Shown here piece after piece: positions 1 to 10,034 of a stretch of 64,000 nt of DNA. The first letter of the stretch is position 1, and every line of letters starts with the position of its first letter. The translations under genes were made by a program, and so were the position numbers. The notes beneath the pieces are model-generated. The model was given only the letters and a program-made list of their open reading frames with translations. It made no database searches and was not told the DNA's origin. Source of the DNA: Verrucomicrobiia bacterium (GTDB lineage Bacteria > Acidobacteriota > Terriglobia > Acidiferrales > UBA7541); assembly GCA_035500255.1 (NCBI GenBank), contig DATJXJ010000082.1, positions 19,188 through 83,187 on the forward strand. Direction: 5' to 3'.

Positions 1-20
1 TGCTGCATTCGCGCGCGGGC

Positions 21-1184
21 GTGGCCGCCGGGCGGCGCTCATCCGGAAAAGGCTCCGTTTTGTACGTCAATTTGCCGTTGACGCTGCTCGCGCAGAATAC
101 CGACGGGCTGCCTCTCCACGCGTTTCTCAAATACTTCGCGGACCGCGTACTTTCGCTGCCGTACCTTCTGCCCGTGCCGGATGGCGTCGGCGGCATCACG
201 CTCGATTGGCATGTCGATTCGAACGCCGCCGTCCCGTCGCTCCAGGAAATAGGCACGTGGTCACTCATGCGGCAGGGTCCCTACTCGATCGACATTACCG
301 CGGGCCCCGACGCTTACCGAATCGGCGACCACGAGGGCTTTGACGTTCTCCACAATCCCGTCAGTCAGGGTTTGGTGCGCCACCTGGCGGCGCTGGGCAA
401 CGAGATCGGAAGTCATGGCGGTTGGATTCACGATTACTTTGCGAACCATATCGACGTTGATCCTCCCGCGCAAATGGAGAAGTTTCTCGATCTCAACAAA
501 TCGGCTCTCGAGCAGGTCACGGGGAAGCCGGTCGTCGAGTATTCCGCGCCCAACGGGAATCAACCGGAGTGGGTCACCCACTGGCTCGAAGCGCACGGTT
601 TCCTCGCCTACTACTTCACCGGCGACACGGGAATGGGGCCGACCGAAGGCTACCGCGCCGGCCACCGCGCCGGCCGCGACATCTGGGCCTTCCCCATCCT
701 TCACATGGATCGCGCCGCTTCGTTCGAGGAAATGGAGGCGCAGTCGATTCCGCTGCCGGCGATTCAGAAATGGCTCGATTCAGTCACCGATTTCGTCGTG
801 AGCCATCGGCAGGTGCGTCTGGCCTATTTTCATCCGCCCGGAATTCTTCCCTACCGCCGCGTCGTCGAAGCCTGGCTCGCCAAGACCGCGCAGCTGCATT
901 CGCAAGGCAGCTTTCGCTGGTACACCATGGCGCAGATTGCGAACTTCTTGAACTCCCGCAAGAAAGTGAAGTGGAAATTCACCGAGCACGATGGGACTGC
1001 CTCGCTTGAGGCCGGCGCCGAGACAACTCTCGCGCACATGGCCTGGAAATTTCCGGCGGATCGGTACGGCAGGCCGGAAATAGTCCACGGCTCGGCGCAA
1101 GTTCTACCCGCAAGCGACGGATGGATCATCGTCGCGGGCGAAGGAAACGAACTCAAAGTCGAATCCAAGGTGTCAAAACAATGA
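21..1184 (+). CDS. polysaccharide deacetylase-like (NodB-fold) protein, possibly 5'-truncated at the window edge
   Basis: The 387-aa ORF stays open in frame to the window start. 'IGSHGGWIH' and 'EYSAPNG' resemble NodB-type His and substrate motifs. The stop overlaps the next start (ATGA at 1181). Confidence 0.45.
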   Translation: MAAGRRSSGKGSVLYVNLPLTLLAQNTDGLPLHAFLKYFADRVLSLPYLLPVPDGVGGITLDWHVDSNAAVPSLQEIGTWSLMRQGPYSIDITAGPDAYRIGDHEGFDVLHNPVSQGLVRHLAALGNEIGSHGGWIHDYFANHIDVDPPAQMEKFLDLNKSALEQVTGKPVVEYSAPNGNQPEWVTHWLEAHGFLAYYFTGDTGMGPTEGYRAGHRAGRDIWAFPILHMDRAASFEEMEAQSIPLPAIQKWLDSVTDFVVSHRQVRLAYFHPPGILPYRRVVEAWLAKTAQLHSQGSFRWYTMAQIANFLNSRKKVKWKFTEHDGTASLEAGAETTLAHMAWKFPADRYGRPEIVHGSAQVLPASDGWIIVAGEGNELKVESKVSKQ

Positions 1185-2053
1185 GTCCTAGCCGCTTTGT
1201 TTCATACGCGTTGCTCTTCTGGATCGTGAGTCTGGGTTTCTCTCTCGCCGCGCGCGCACAGCAGGATCCCGCGCCCGGCGATCCGCCCCAAACGCCGGCG
1301 CAGCAGCCGACGGCCCCAGCTCCCCCTGCGCCGGCACCGGAGAAGATCCTGACGAATTTCGTGGAGGCGGGCGGCAGCTACCGGCAATTGACCGAAGGAT
1401 TCGGTGATTGGAGCGGTGGCTACGCTCGCGCGGTCTACACCGCGGGGAAAAACACCTGGAGCGGGGAAATCAACGGCCAGCACGAATTCAGCGACGGCGG
1501 CGTGTATCTGGCCGCGGGCGACACCTACGATTTCAATCAGAATTGGTATGCGTCGCTGACTCTCGGTTCCAGCGTCGGAGGATTTTTCTGGCCGCGATTT
1601 CGAGCCGATGCATTCGTCAACCGCAAGCTGAAATCACGTAAGCAGCTGATCGCGACGCTGGGCTATGGCTACTATGCGTCCAAGGATGTTCACAGCGATC
1701 AGAGCGTGTTCGCCGGAACCGCCTACTATTTCGCGAAGCCTTGGATCCTGGAAGACGGCGTCCGGTTCAACGTCAGCAATCCCGGAACCGTCTTTTCCCC
1801 TTCGGGGTTTTTCGCCGTCACGCAGGGTAGCAACAAGAAGCACTACATCACCGTGAATGCCGAGTTCGGCGAGGAAGCCTACCAGTTGGTCGGGCCGACC
1901 ACGGTCTTGAACCGCTTCAACAGCCAGAGCCTCACGATCACATGGCGGCAGTGGACCGGCAAGAATTGGGGCTTCAATCTCGTCGCAGACTACTATCACA
2001 GCCCGTTCTACGAGAGAGGGGGCGGCAGCTTTGGATTCTTCAAGGAGTTTTGA
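1181..2053 (+). CDS. outer-membrane beta-barrel protein (YaiO-like)
   Basis: The ATG at 1181 gives a signal peptide MSPSRFVSYALLFWIVSLGFSLAARA|QQ, followed by a Pro-rich linker. The rest shows an alternating aromatic/Gly beta-strand pattern and ends in a C-terminal Phe (..GFFKEF), typical of OMPs. Confidence 0.55.
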   Translation: MSPSRFVSYALLFWIVSLGFSLAARAQQDPAPGDPPQTPAQQPTAPAPPAPAPEKILTNFVEAGGSYRQLTEGFGDWSGGYARAVYTAGKNTWSGEINGQHEFSDGGVYLAAGDTYDFNQNWYASLTLGSSVGGFFWPRFRADAFVNRKLKSRKQLIATLGYGYYASKDVHSDQSVFAGTAYYFAKPWILEDGVRFNVSNPGTVFSPSGFFAVTQGSNKKHYITVNAEFGEEAYQLVGPTTVLNRFNSQSLTITWRQWTGKNWGFNLVADYYHSPFYERGGGSFGFFKEF

Positions 2054-2132
2054 CCGCCACTCTCCAACCGGAGGCTTCAGCAGAGCGGCTGACCGGGGAC
2101 GATTTCGCGGCCACCGCGGCGGCGTGATCGCG

Positions 2133-2864
2133 ATGCACCGCGCGCTGACGCGGTTCGTTCTGGAGCCTTCCGACCTGGTCACGGCCTCGCTCCTCGTGTT
2201 GCTCTTCACGTTTGCGTGGATCCTGTCGCTGCCGTGGCTCTGCCGTCTGTGGCAGTACATCTTCAGCGAAGGAATTCAATGGACGGGGGCCGCCAGCGAC
2301 GTGGGATTGCGCGAGCATTTCGTGACGCCCTACGTGCGCTTCTTCGTTCCGTATCCGCGGATGCAGGCTGTCAGCCCGGACGCGCAAACATGGTGGCTGA
2401 CGGCGGCGATCGTGGGCGTCCTCCTCGCAGCGACATTCCTGCTGCCGAAGCGATGGATGCCCGTGACGTATCTGGCGAGAGCTGTGCTGTTCATCCAGAC
2501 GACGGCACTGGCCTACTTTTTTTTGGAGCCGGCGCGATTCCCGCATACGCCGGACAGCTACATGGAAGGAATGGTGACGTACGGAATCGCCTTGATTTCA
2601 ATCGTGCCCGCGCTTTTCGGGCTCACCTACTACATCTTCCGATTCCGGCTGATTCGCAAGGCGGCGCTGACGGCGATGACGATGATTCACCTGTCGCTGT
2701 TTTTCCCGCTGCAGATCCTGGCGCAGGCGATCGTGCTGCGAAAATCCGTGCTCTTCATGCCCGTGCTCTACATCGTGTTCGGTCTGCCTGTGGACGTGAT
2801 GATCATTCTGGCCTTCTATTCGTGGGGCATGAGCTGGCCCTCGAAAGCGCAGAACCAAACGTAA
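2133..2864 (+). CDS. polytopic inner-membrane protein, unknown function
   Basis: The ORF has at least 6 hydrophobic segments. I chose the ATG at 2133 (MHRALTRF..) over the Arg-rich upstream extension of the 2031 ORF. Confidence 0.5.
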   Translation: MHRALTRFVLEPSDLVTASLLVLLFTFAWILSLPWLCRLWQYIFSEGIQWTGAASDVGLREHFVTPYVRFFVPYPRMQAVSPDAQTWWLTAAIVGVLLAATFLLPKRWMPVTYLARAVLFIQTTALAYFFLEPARFPHTPDSYMEGMVTYGIALISIVPALFGLTYYIFRFRLIRKAALTAMTMIHLSLFFPLQILAQAIVLRKSVLFMPVLYIVFGLPVDVMIILAFYSWGMSWPSKAQNQT

Positions 2865-2870
2865 GCGGTA

Positions 2871-4490
2871 TCAGGACTGCAAGGAGCGCAGCATGCGGCG
2901 CGCGTCGCCGTAGGGATCGTCGACGACTTTGCACTCGTTGTTGAAGATCATTATGGCGCGCCTGGTGGTATCGAAAGCAGGCCAGGCCGGCAGTTCCTTC
3001 GTATTCGGATTGCCCGTGCGCGCGAAGGCGACCCACGCGGCGCTCATCCTGGTCGCGAGCGCGTAGCGGTCCTCGCCGGAACCGGTCATCGACTTTGCGG
3101 CGTCGACGTTATCGAACACGAACGGAATTTCGAGAGTGTGGAATGACCGGAGCTTGCCTTCGCGCACCGGCGATCTCCACGTGAAGTAATACTGATAGAC
3201 GGCGGCCTTGGCTTGATCCGCCTTGCGCTCCGCCTCGACGACGACGCCGGCGCGGAACGTGGCGTCGGAAGCGATGATCAGGAAGATGTCCGTGTTGCCC
3301 GCATTCGGCCGGCCCGCTTTGTAGGTGGCGATCAGTTTGTCGACCTGATCGTCGCTCGCCCCGCGGAGCGTCTGTTTCACGTGCGCGTGGAGACTGGCGT
3401 CGTCGATGGGATCGAGGATCTGAGTGGTGATGAATGTGACTTCCGTTTCAACGGAGCCGATCAGCAGCGGCACATTGGCCGACAGTTCGGGCGCAGCCGG
3501 ATCGAACGGATTCGTCGGAAGCGTCGTGCCGTCGACGACGGGCGACAGAGCCAGTCCCGGCAGGCCAAACAGCCCTCCGCCCGTGGGGGCGAGCAATTGG
3601 TCGGTTGAAAGTTTTTCGAGTTGATCCACCTGGTTCGGTTTGAGGTTCAGCTTCGAAAGAAGCAGCTCGGTGGACTTGTTCGCCGCGTCGATGGGAACGC
3701 CCCGCAGCGCCGCCCCGCTTTGCACGATCGCGCGATGAAACAGGCCCTTTGCCGCAGGCATCGCCATCAGCGTGCTGACTTTCCCTCCGCCGCCGGACTG
3801 GCCGAAGATCGTCACGTTGCCCGGGTCGCCGCCGAACGCCGCGATATTGTCGCGCACCCATTCGAGCGCCGCGATAATGTCAAGATTGCCGACATTGCTC
3901 GAATGCGCGTACTTTTCCCCGCCGATTCCCGCGAGATAGAGATAGCCGAGCGCCGACAGACGGTGATTGAGCGTGATCGCAACGACGTCGTGTTTCTTCG
4001 CGAGCTGCAAGCCGTCGTAGCAGATGAAGCCGCCGGAACCGCTGGTGAATCCGCCGCCGTGGAGCCAGACCATCACGGGGCGCTTGCGAGCCGCGCCGAT
4101 TCCCGGCGTCCACACGTTAAGCATGAGGCAGTCCTCGCTCATGGGTTCGTCGCGGTCCATGACCTCGACTTCCGGCGGGACTGCGCCGTGGAACGAGCTG
4201 AGCAGTTGAGGAGAACGCGGACCGAGTTCGAAGCAGTCGCGGACGCCGGTCCACGGTTCGCGCTTCTTCGGAGGCATGAATCGGTTTTCGCCGGCGGTCG
4301 ACGCGGCGTAGGGAATGCCCTTGAACGCGTGAACTTTGTCCTGGAGGGTTCCGCGAATTTTCCCGGCGGCGGTGGAAACGGTCGCTCCGGGCACAGGTTT
4401 CGCGTCGTCTCCCAGAGCCCGGCCGAGATTACCGCCGAAAAGGGCGCTCGCGGCGAGCGTGCCAAAACCGATAAATGATCGACGGTCCAT
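2871..4490 (-). CDS. type-B carboxylesterase/lipase, Tat-exported
   Basis: The N-terminus MDRRSFIGFGTLAASALFG looks like a twin-arginine signal. 'WLHGGGF' is an oxyanion-hole motif and 'GQSGGG' a nucleophile elbow (GxSxG), as in the carboxylesterase family. Confidence 0.85.
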   Translation of the reverse strand: MDRRSFIGFGTLAASALFGGNLGRALGDDAKPVPGATVSTAAGKIRGTLQDKVHAFKGIPYAASTAGENRFMPPKKREPWTGVRDCFELGPRSPQLLSSFHGAVPPEVEVMDRDEPMSEDCLMLNVWTPGIGAARKRPVMVWLHGGGFTSGSGGFICYDGLQLAKKHDVVAITLNHRLSALGYLYLAGIGGEKYAHSSNVGNLDIIAALEWVRDNIAAFGGDPGNVTIFGQSGGGGKVSTLMAMPAAKGLFHRAIVQSGAALRGVPIDAANKSTELLLSKLNLKPNQVDQLEKLSTDQLLAPTGGGLFGLPGLALSPVVDGTTLPTNPFDPAAPELSANVPLLIGSVETEVTFITTQILDPIDDASLHAHVKQTLRGASDDQVDKLIATYKAGRPNAGNTDIFLIIASDATFRAGVVVEAERKADQAKAAVYQYYFTWRSPVREGKLRSFHTLEIPFVFDNVDAAKSMTGSGEDRYALATRMSAAWVAFARTGNPNTKELPAWPAFDTTRRAIMIFNNECKVVDDPYGDARRMLRSLQS

Positions 4491-4875
4491 CAGCGTGCCT
4501 CCCGGAAAAATTGGCGATTAGGAGCGTCCTCGGTTGCTTGTTTGCAATCAGTTAGCGCGGGTTCTAATAACTGGAATTGGCGATTAAGAATTTCATAGCC
4601 CAGGAGAGGCTGTCCCGCAAACATCGGCACGGCACCCCACCGTCGCCGCATCGCTTTCCCCCTCGCGGCCGGCTGCTGAACTGCGCAGCAGGCTCGCGCG
4701 ACTGACACTTCATCCCACACCGGCGCCATTCTACTGCACGGCGAGAGAAGTGCAAGCGGGAGAGTATGTGGACTTCGTCGGGGGCCGATCTGCAGCGGCC
4801 GAATTTGCATCGTCATGATGCTTCGCCGCTCTTTTCCGGTATCATGAGTGCTTTCCATCGAAGGGATCAGCGACC

Positions 4876-5277
4876 ATGGCGAAGGCGAAGGAGCTGACTG
4901 TAACGATCGAGGACAAACCGGGCGCGCTTGGCAGGTGTTTTCTCGCCCTCGCGGAACGAGGAGTGAACATTCTGGCGTTCCAATCGTATGTCGAGGAAGG
5001 CGAAAGCTTGACGCGATTCCTGGTGGACGATCTGGCCACCGCCAAGGAAGTGCTCGGCAAGATGCGGATGATTTTCGAAATCACGGACGTCGCGACCGTG
5101 AAGGTGGCGCACAGGCCGGGCGAGCTGGGGCGCGCAGCCGCGCGGCTGGGCGAGAACCACATCAATATCGACTACTCCTACTGCGGCGTGGAGCCGGGGT
5201 CGATGCAGAGCATGCTCGTTTTCGGGGTCGATAACCTGACGAAGGCGGCCACGGTCCTCGACGAACTCGCGGCGTAG
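4876..5277 (+). CDS. ACT-domain protein
   Basis: 133 aa with two ACT-like repeats: 'LTVTIEDKPGALGRCFLALAERGVNILA' and 'VKVAHRPGELGRAAARLGENHINIDY'. Confidence 0.7.
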   Translation: MAKAKELTVTIEDKPGALGRCFLALAERGVNILAFQSYVEEGESLTRFLVDDLATAKEVLGKMRMIFEITDVATVKVAHRPGELGRAAARLGENHINIDYSYCGVEPGSMQSMLVFGVDNLTKAATVLDELAA

Positions 5278-5336
5278 AGAAAGCTCGATTCACTTCGCCT
5301 GGCGCGGGCGCAACCTCTCCGAGAACACTCGAAGCT

Positions 5337-6491
5337 CTAGTTTGCGCGGCCCCAGAGCCTTTTCGAGGCGATGCGGGCGCCCTCCGCGAGGGACTTGAAC
5401 TTCATCCACGAAAACGCGGGGAAAACAGGACCAAAGCCCGCGAACGTGCCGAAGCCGCAGTCGCTGCCCGCAATGACGCGCTCCTTGCCGACCACGTTCG
5501 CATAGCGGATCAGGCGCTGCGCCACGACTTCGGGATGCTCCACGTAGTTCGTGCTTGAAGCGATCACGCCGGGGATCAGGATCTTGTCGTCGGGCAGCTT
5601 GATCTTCGTCCAGGCTTCCCATTCGTGCTCGTGACGAGGGTTGGCGGCTTCGATGAGCAGCGCCATCGGCTTCACCTTGATGGCGATGGGGAAGATCTTC
5701 ATGCAATCCATGTCGTAGATGTGTGTGCCTTCGTAATTTCCCCAGCAGACGTGCAGCCGGACGCGATCGGCCGGAACATTGGCCAGCGCGTGATTCAGAG
5801 CTTCGACTTGCAGCTGGGCGTAGCGCAGAAATTCTTCGTCCGTCAGATTCTTGAAGCGCGAATGGCGCCCCATGGCAAGATCGGGGCAATCGAGCTGCAG
5901 CAGCAAGCCCGACTTCACGATCATTTCGTATTCTTCCCGCATGGCGTCGGCCAGCGCGGCGAGATACGTCTCGTGCGAGGGGTAGTATTCGTTCGGCTGG
6001 AATACGGCGATGGTGCCGGGCGAAACGGAATTCAGAAATCCTTCGACGACGTTCGCCTTTGACAGCGCCTCCTTCATGTGCGCGATATCCAGCTCGACCG
6101 GCTTGAGGTTCTTCACTTTGATCGGGCCCTTGCAGACGGGGCGTTTATAGGTTGCCGAATGGCCCGCTTTCACGAGGCGGTCGCGATATTCCGGAAAGTC
6201 CTCGAGGTCCTGAGGGGTCGGCCGCGCCGAATCGCCTTCAAAGCCCGTGAGGCGGTGGCGGATGTAGGTGGCGTAGCTGATCTTGCTTGTCTCTCCGTCG
6301 CTCACGACGTCGATGCCCGCTTCGGACTGACGCTTGACGAGATCGGCGGCGGCGCGGCGCATGGTTTCGTTGAATACACCTTCGTCGACAGGTTCGCCGC
6401 GGTCCTGCGCGAACAGCAGATCGACAACTTCCTGTGGGCGCGGCAGGCTGCCCACGTGCGTCGTAAGAAAACGGTCCTGGCTCGTCTTCAT
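5337..6491 (-). CDS. cobalamin-independent methionine synthase (MetE C-terminal domain)-like protein
   Basis: The N-terminal 'THVGSLPRP' and the overall 384-aa length match the MetE-like / methionine synthase II family. Confidence 0.7.
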   Translation of the reverse strand: MKTSQDRFLTTHVGSLPRPQEVVDLLFAQDRGEPVDEGVFNETMRRAAADLVKRQSEAGIDVVSDGETSKISYATYIRHRLTGFEGDSARPTPQDLEDFPEYRDRLVKAGHSATYKRPVCKGPIKVKNLKPVELDIAHMKEALSKANVVEGFLNSVSPGTIAVFQPNEYYPSHETYLAALADAMREEYEMIVKSGLLLQLDCPDLAMGRHSRFKNLTDEEFLRYAQLQVEALNHALANVPADRVRLHVCWGNYEGTHIYDMDCMKIFPIAIKVKPMALLIEAANPRHEHEWEAWTKIKLPDDKILIPGVIASSTNYVEHPEVVAQRLIRYANVVGKERVIAGSDCGFGTFAGFGPVFPAFSWMKFKSLAEGARIASKRLWGRAN

Positions 6492-6625
6492 CGGAGGTCC
6501 TTGGAGAAGTGCGTAACAGAGCGGGAGAGAAAATACTCCGCGCGGCGTGACGTTGCAACCACAAATCGGGCGGTCCCGGGACGCCGTTGCGAGGCGGGAA
6601 GTCGTGTGATGTATACTCCGGCACC

Positions 6626-7747
6626 ATGGAACCCATCCAAGCCGATTTCCACTTGAGCAAACTGGAACGAGTCGTCTCGGGCCCGGGGAAAATTGCCGCG
6701 CTGGGCGAGGAGCTGGAGCGGCGCGGATTGCAGCGCGCGATCATTGTGACGGGAAAGTCGCTTGGCGCCTCGCCGCTGCTCGAGAAGGTGAAGAGCGCGG
6801 CGGGATCGCGCGGCGTGGCCGTTTTCAAGGGCGCGCGGCAGCACGTCCCGCGGAGCAGCGTGGATGAACTGCAGGCGCTGATCGAGCGAGAGAGCGCCGA
6901 TGGCCTAGTCAGCTTCGGCGGGGGCAGTCCGATCGACACGTGCAAAGTGGCGAGCTACGCGTTTCTTAACAAGAGAGAAGTGACGCATATTGCCATCCCA
7001 ACCACGCTTTCGGCGGGCGAGTACACGCACGCGGGCGGCGTGACGGATGAGCAGACGCTGGTGAAGTCGGGAGTGTCCGATCCGCGGTTGCAAGCAAGGA
7101 CGGTGATCAACGATCCGGCGCTGACTTTGGAAACGCCGAATTGGCTATGGATCGCGACCGGCATGCGTGCGCTGGATCACGCGATCGAGACGATCTACAC
7201 GCCGAGGCACCATCCGCTGAGCGACGCGCTGGCGTCGAAGGCCATCGCGCTGCTGGTGGAGCACCTGCCGGCTTCCATCCACACGCAGGGGATGGAGCGG
7301 CTGGCTCATCGCGGGAGTTGCCAATTCGCGGCGTGGTTTTCGATCTACGGTTCGATGAACACGCGGTTCGGAATTTCGCACCTGCTGGGACATCAGATCG
7401 GGCCGCGGTGGAACGTGGCGCACGGGGTCACTTCGTGCATCACGCTGCCCCATGCGATGCGATTCATGGCGGGAATCGCGCCGGAGCGGTTTGGCCCGAT
7501 TGCGGAGGGATTTCGCGTTCCGTTCGATCCGGCGAAACCGAAGGCGGCGGCGCTCGCGTGCGCGGAGCGAACGGCGGACTTCGTCGCGCAGTTCGACGTG
7601 CCCCGCTCCTTGAAGGATGCGGGCGTGCCTCGCGCGGAGATCACCCAGATCGTTCCAACAGTGCTGCACGAGTTGGAGAAATCGGGAGTGGTCGACCGGC
7701 CGGTGACGGCTCAGGATGTAACGGCGTTGCTGGAAGCGGCGTACTAG
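6626..7747 (+). CDS. iron-containing alcohol dehydrogenase / maleylacetate reductase family
   Basis: 'IIVTGKSL' and 'SFGGGSPIDTCK' (GGGS nucleotide motif) plus a His-rich metal region 'HLLGHQIGPRWNVAHG'. Start taken at ATG 6626 (MEPIQ..). Confidence 0.75.
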   Translation: MEPIQADFHLSKLERVVSGPGKIAALGEELERRGLQRAIIVTGKSLGASPLLEKVKSAAGSRGVAVFKGARQHVPRSSVDELQALIERESADGLVSFGGGSPIDTCKVASYAFLNKREVTHIAIPTTLSAGEYTHAGGVTDEQTLVKSGVSDPRLQARTVINDPALTLETPNWLWIATGMRALDHAIETIYTPRHHPLSDALASKAIALLVEHLPASIHTQGMERLAHRGSCQFAAWFSIYGSMNTRFGISHLLGHQIGPRWNVAHGVTSCITLPHAMRFMAGIAPERFGPIAEGFRVPFDPAKPKAAALACAERTADFVAQFDVPRSLKDAGVPRAEITQIVPTVLHELEKSGVVDRPVTAQDVTALLEAAY

Positions 7748-7859
7748 CGCAGGCTCAGGGTGAAGAGAGATTCTTCGACTTCGCGTCTCGGCGCGGAGAT
7801 CGAAATGCGATCTCCGGAACAGCAAACCGCCGAGACGCTCCGCGCAGAATGACGAGCGC

Positions 7860-8942
7860 TTACTTGTTTGCCGGCTTGTCGCCGCCGATGAAGACCGCGC
7901 TGGTGCGCCGCGACGCGCCGGTCGGCGACGCCTCGGATGAGGCAACGGCCGGTGCAGCCTTCACGGGAGCCTTCATGCCGCCCGGGAAATTGCTCTCGGG
8001 AACCTTGATCGGCTCGAGCATCGCCTCGATTTCCGCTCGCCGCGCTTCGAACCACGGCGGAAGAAGCAAACTCTGACCGAGCTGGTCCGCGGGTTCATCG
8101 ACGGCAAATCCCTGCGGCACGGTGGCAGCGCACTCAACCAGAATTCCGCCCGGGCAGCGGCAATAGACCGAGTGGAAGTACATGCGGTCTTTGATTTCCG
8201 AAGCGTCGGTGTAGCCGAGCTCTTCGTAGATGCCTTTCTGCTCGGCAAGCTTTTCGTCGTTTTCCACTTCGAGCGCCATGTGGTGCGCGGTGCCAGCGCC
8301 GAAAATCCAGCTGCCCGACGGGCGCTCAGGTTCATGCAACAAAGTCACCGTCTTGTTGGGGCCGCCCTTGCCGATTTCGTAGCGGTGATAGGGGCCTTCC
8401 TGTCCGGTCTTCTTGAAGCCGAGCGCGTCGATGAAGAAACGCTCGGTCTCCGCGATCTCGCGGACCGAGAGGACCGGGCCGTGAAATCCGCGCGTGGCCA
8501 CGTCGCCGCTCACTTCTCCAACCGACCAGGGCTTGCGGGTATCAGAGCTGTCTTCGAAGACTTCCAGCTGGATGCCTGATGGATGATCGAAGCGGATGAA
8601 TTTTTGGCCGAACCGCTCCTCAATCCCGTTGTTCTTCACCTTGTGGCGGTTCAAATGTTCCAACCAGAATTTCAGAGAGCCTTTGGGGACCGAATACGCG
8701 GTCGACTGAATTTGCCCGGAACCTTGGCGCCCCCGCACACGTCCATAGGGAAAGGTCGTGTAGACGGAACCCGGCTCGGCATTCGCATTCGCGTAATACA
8801 GGTGATAGTGAGCATAGCGGCCATCGAAGAGAACCGTTTGCTTGATCATGCGCTGACCGAAAATCCTGGTCTGGAAGTCGATATCTTCCTGGGCGCCACC
8901 CACGCACACCGTCATGTGATGAAGACCCTTGACGAGAGACAT
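7860..8942 (-). CDS. VOC/glyoxalase-family ring-cleaving dioxygenase
   Basis: Two VOC modules, 'GLHHMTVCVG' and 'GFHGPVLSV', plus 'GTAHHMALEV'. The architecture is typical of MhqO/YfiE-like extradiol dioxygenases. Start taken at MSLVKGLHH. Confidence 0.75.
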   Translation of the reverse strand: MSLVKGLHHMTVCVGGAQEDIDFQTRIFGQRMIKQTVLFDGRYAHYHLYYANANAEPGSVYTTFPYGRVRGRQGSGQIQSTAYSVPKGSLKFWLEHLNRHKVKNNGIEERFGQKFIRFDHPSGIQLEVFEDSSDTRKPWSVGEVSGDVATRGFHGPVLSVREIAETERFFIDALGFKKTGQEGPYHRYEIGKGGPNKTVTLLHEPERPSGSWIFGAGTAHHMALEVENDEKLAEQKGIYEELGYTDASEIKDRMYFHSVYCRCPGGILVECAATVPQGFAVDEPADQLGQSLLLPPWFEARRAEIEAMLEPIKVPESNFPGGMKAPVKAAPAVASSEASPTGASRRTSAVFIGGDKPANK

Positions 8943-9137
8943 GAAGCTTACCTCCGTGCGCGGAGTGTACCACAAGTGGCTTGGGGCGGCGGGGCGGCCG
9001 GCCGAGCGCCGGCGACCGGCGTGCGCGAAAATTCAGCGTGGCCCGATGCGGAAAAACGGTGATCGCGGGCGCGACTTTTGTGATACAAGTTGGGGCCGAT
9101 CCGGCGGACACTGGGCGGGAGTTCGCGGGGGAGTGAC

Positions 9138-10034
9138 ATGGGTGGAATCGCTCGGGCGAGACTCCTGAGCATTGGGGCTTTGTTCGTTTTCCAAGCAGCG
9201 CTGATGGTGCGGCCGGCGGCAGCACAGCTGGATCCCTCCGGAATGTGGGCTCCGCGATTCGATGAAGATTGGGAAGAGAGGATCCCGGGTCCCGAGATTG
9301 GCGACTACCTCGGATTGCCGATCAACGCAGCGGCAAGGCTGAGGGGCGACAGTTGGGACGCGGCGCTGGTGGAGCTCCCCGAGAATCAGTGCCGGGCGCA
9401 CGGCTCGGATTACGGCTGGCGCGGCCCGTCGAACCTGAGCATCTGGAAAGAGGTCGACCGACCGACGCAGAAACTGATCGCGTATCACACGCATCTTTCC
9501 GCGTACGGCGCCGAGCAGACGATCTGGATGGACGGGCGGCCGCATCCGCCGGAATACGCCGCGCATACGTGGGCGGGATTCTCGACGGGCGAATGGGACG
9601 GCGACGCGCTGGTGATCACGACCACGCATCTGAAAGAGAACTGGATTCGGCGCAACGGAATTCCTCGCAGCGACCTGGCGACGGCGCGGGTGCACGTGCT
9701 GAAACACGGCAACTATCTGACGGTGGCTGTGATCGTGTATGACCCGGTGTATTTGACCGAGCCGTTCGTTCGCACGACGGATTTCGCTTTCGCGCCGCAG
9801 CAGCAGATGGCTCCGTGGCCGTGCGAAGTCGTGGATGAAGTGGACCGCCCGGCGGGGGTCGTGCCCAGCCATTTGATCGGCGCGAATCCGTTTCTGGACG
9901 AGTTTCCGGCGAACTACGGTATACCTCCCGAAGCAGCGAGAGGCGGCGCCGAGACGGCGTATCCGGAATACATGCTCAAGATGAAAGACATGAAACGATT
10001 GCCGCGTCCGGCAAAGAAGGTTACGAACCGATGA
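9138..10034 (+). CDS. secreted protein of unknown function (paralogue 1 of 2)
   Basis: An SD (GGGGGAG) precedes ATG 9138, which gives the signal peptide MGGIARARLLSIGALFVFQAALMVRPAAA|Q. It shares 'QC', 'W.G.S.G.W.G', 'IRRNGIP', 'DPVYL.EPF' and 'PCE' blocks with 11606..12424. Confidence 0.7.
   Translation: MGGIARARLLSIGALFVFQAALMVRPAAAQLDPSGMWAPRFDEDWEERIPGPEIGDYLGLPINAAARLRGDSWDAALVELPENQCRAHGSDYGWRGPSNLSIWKEVDRPTQKLIAYHTHLSAYGAEQTIWMDGRPHPPEYAAHTWAGFSTGEWDGDALVITTTHLKENWIRRNGIPRSDLATARVHVLKHGNYLTVAVIVYDPVYLTEPFVRTTDFAFAPQQQMAPWPCEVVDEVDRPAGVVPSHLIGANPFLDEFPANYGIPPEAARGGAETAYPEYMLKMKDMKRLPRPAKKVTNR

Noticed and set aside
6492-6625. Cobalamin or SAM riboswitch upstream of the MetE-like gene
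   Set aside because: The leader is only about 134 nt. I found no B12-box (GCCACTG-like) and no SAM-I conserved junction sequences.
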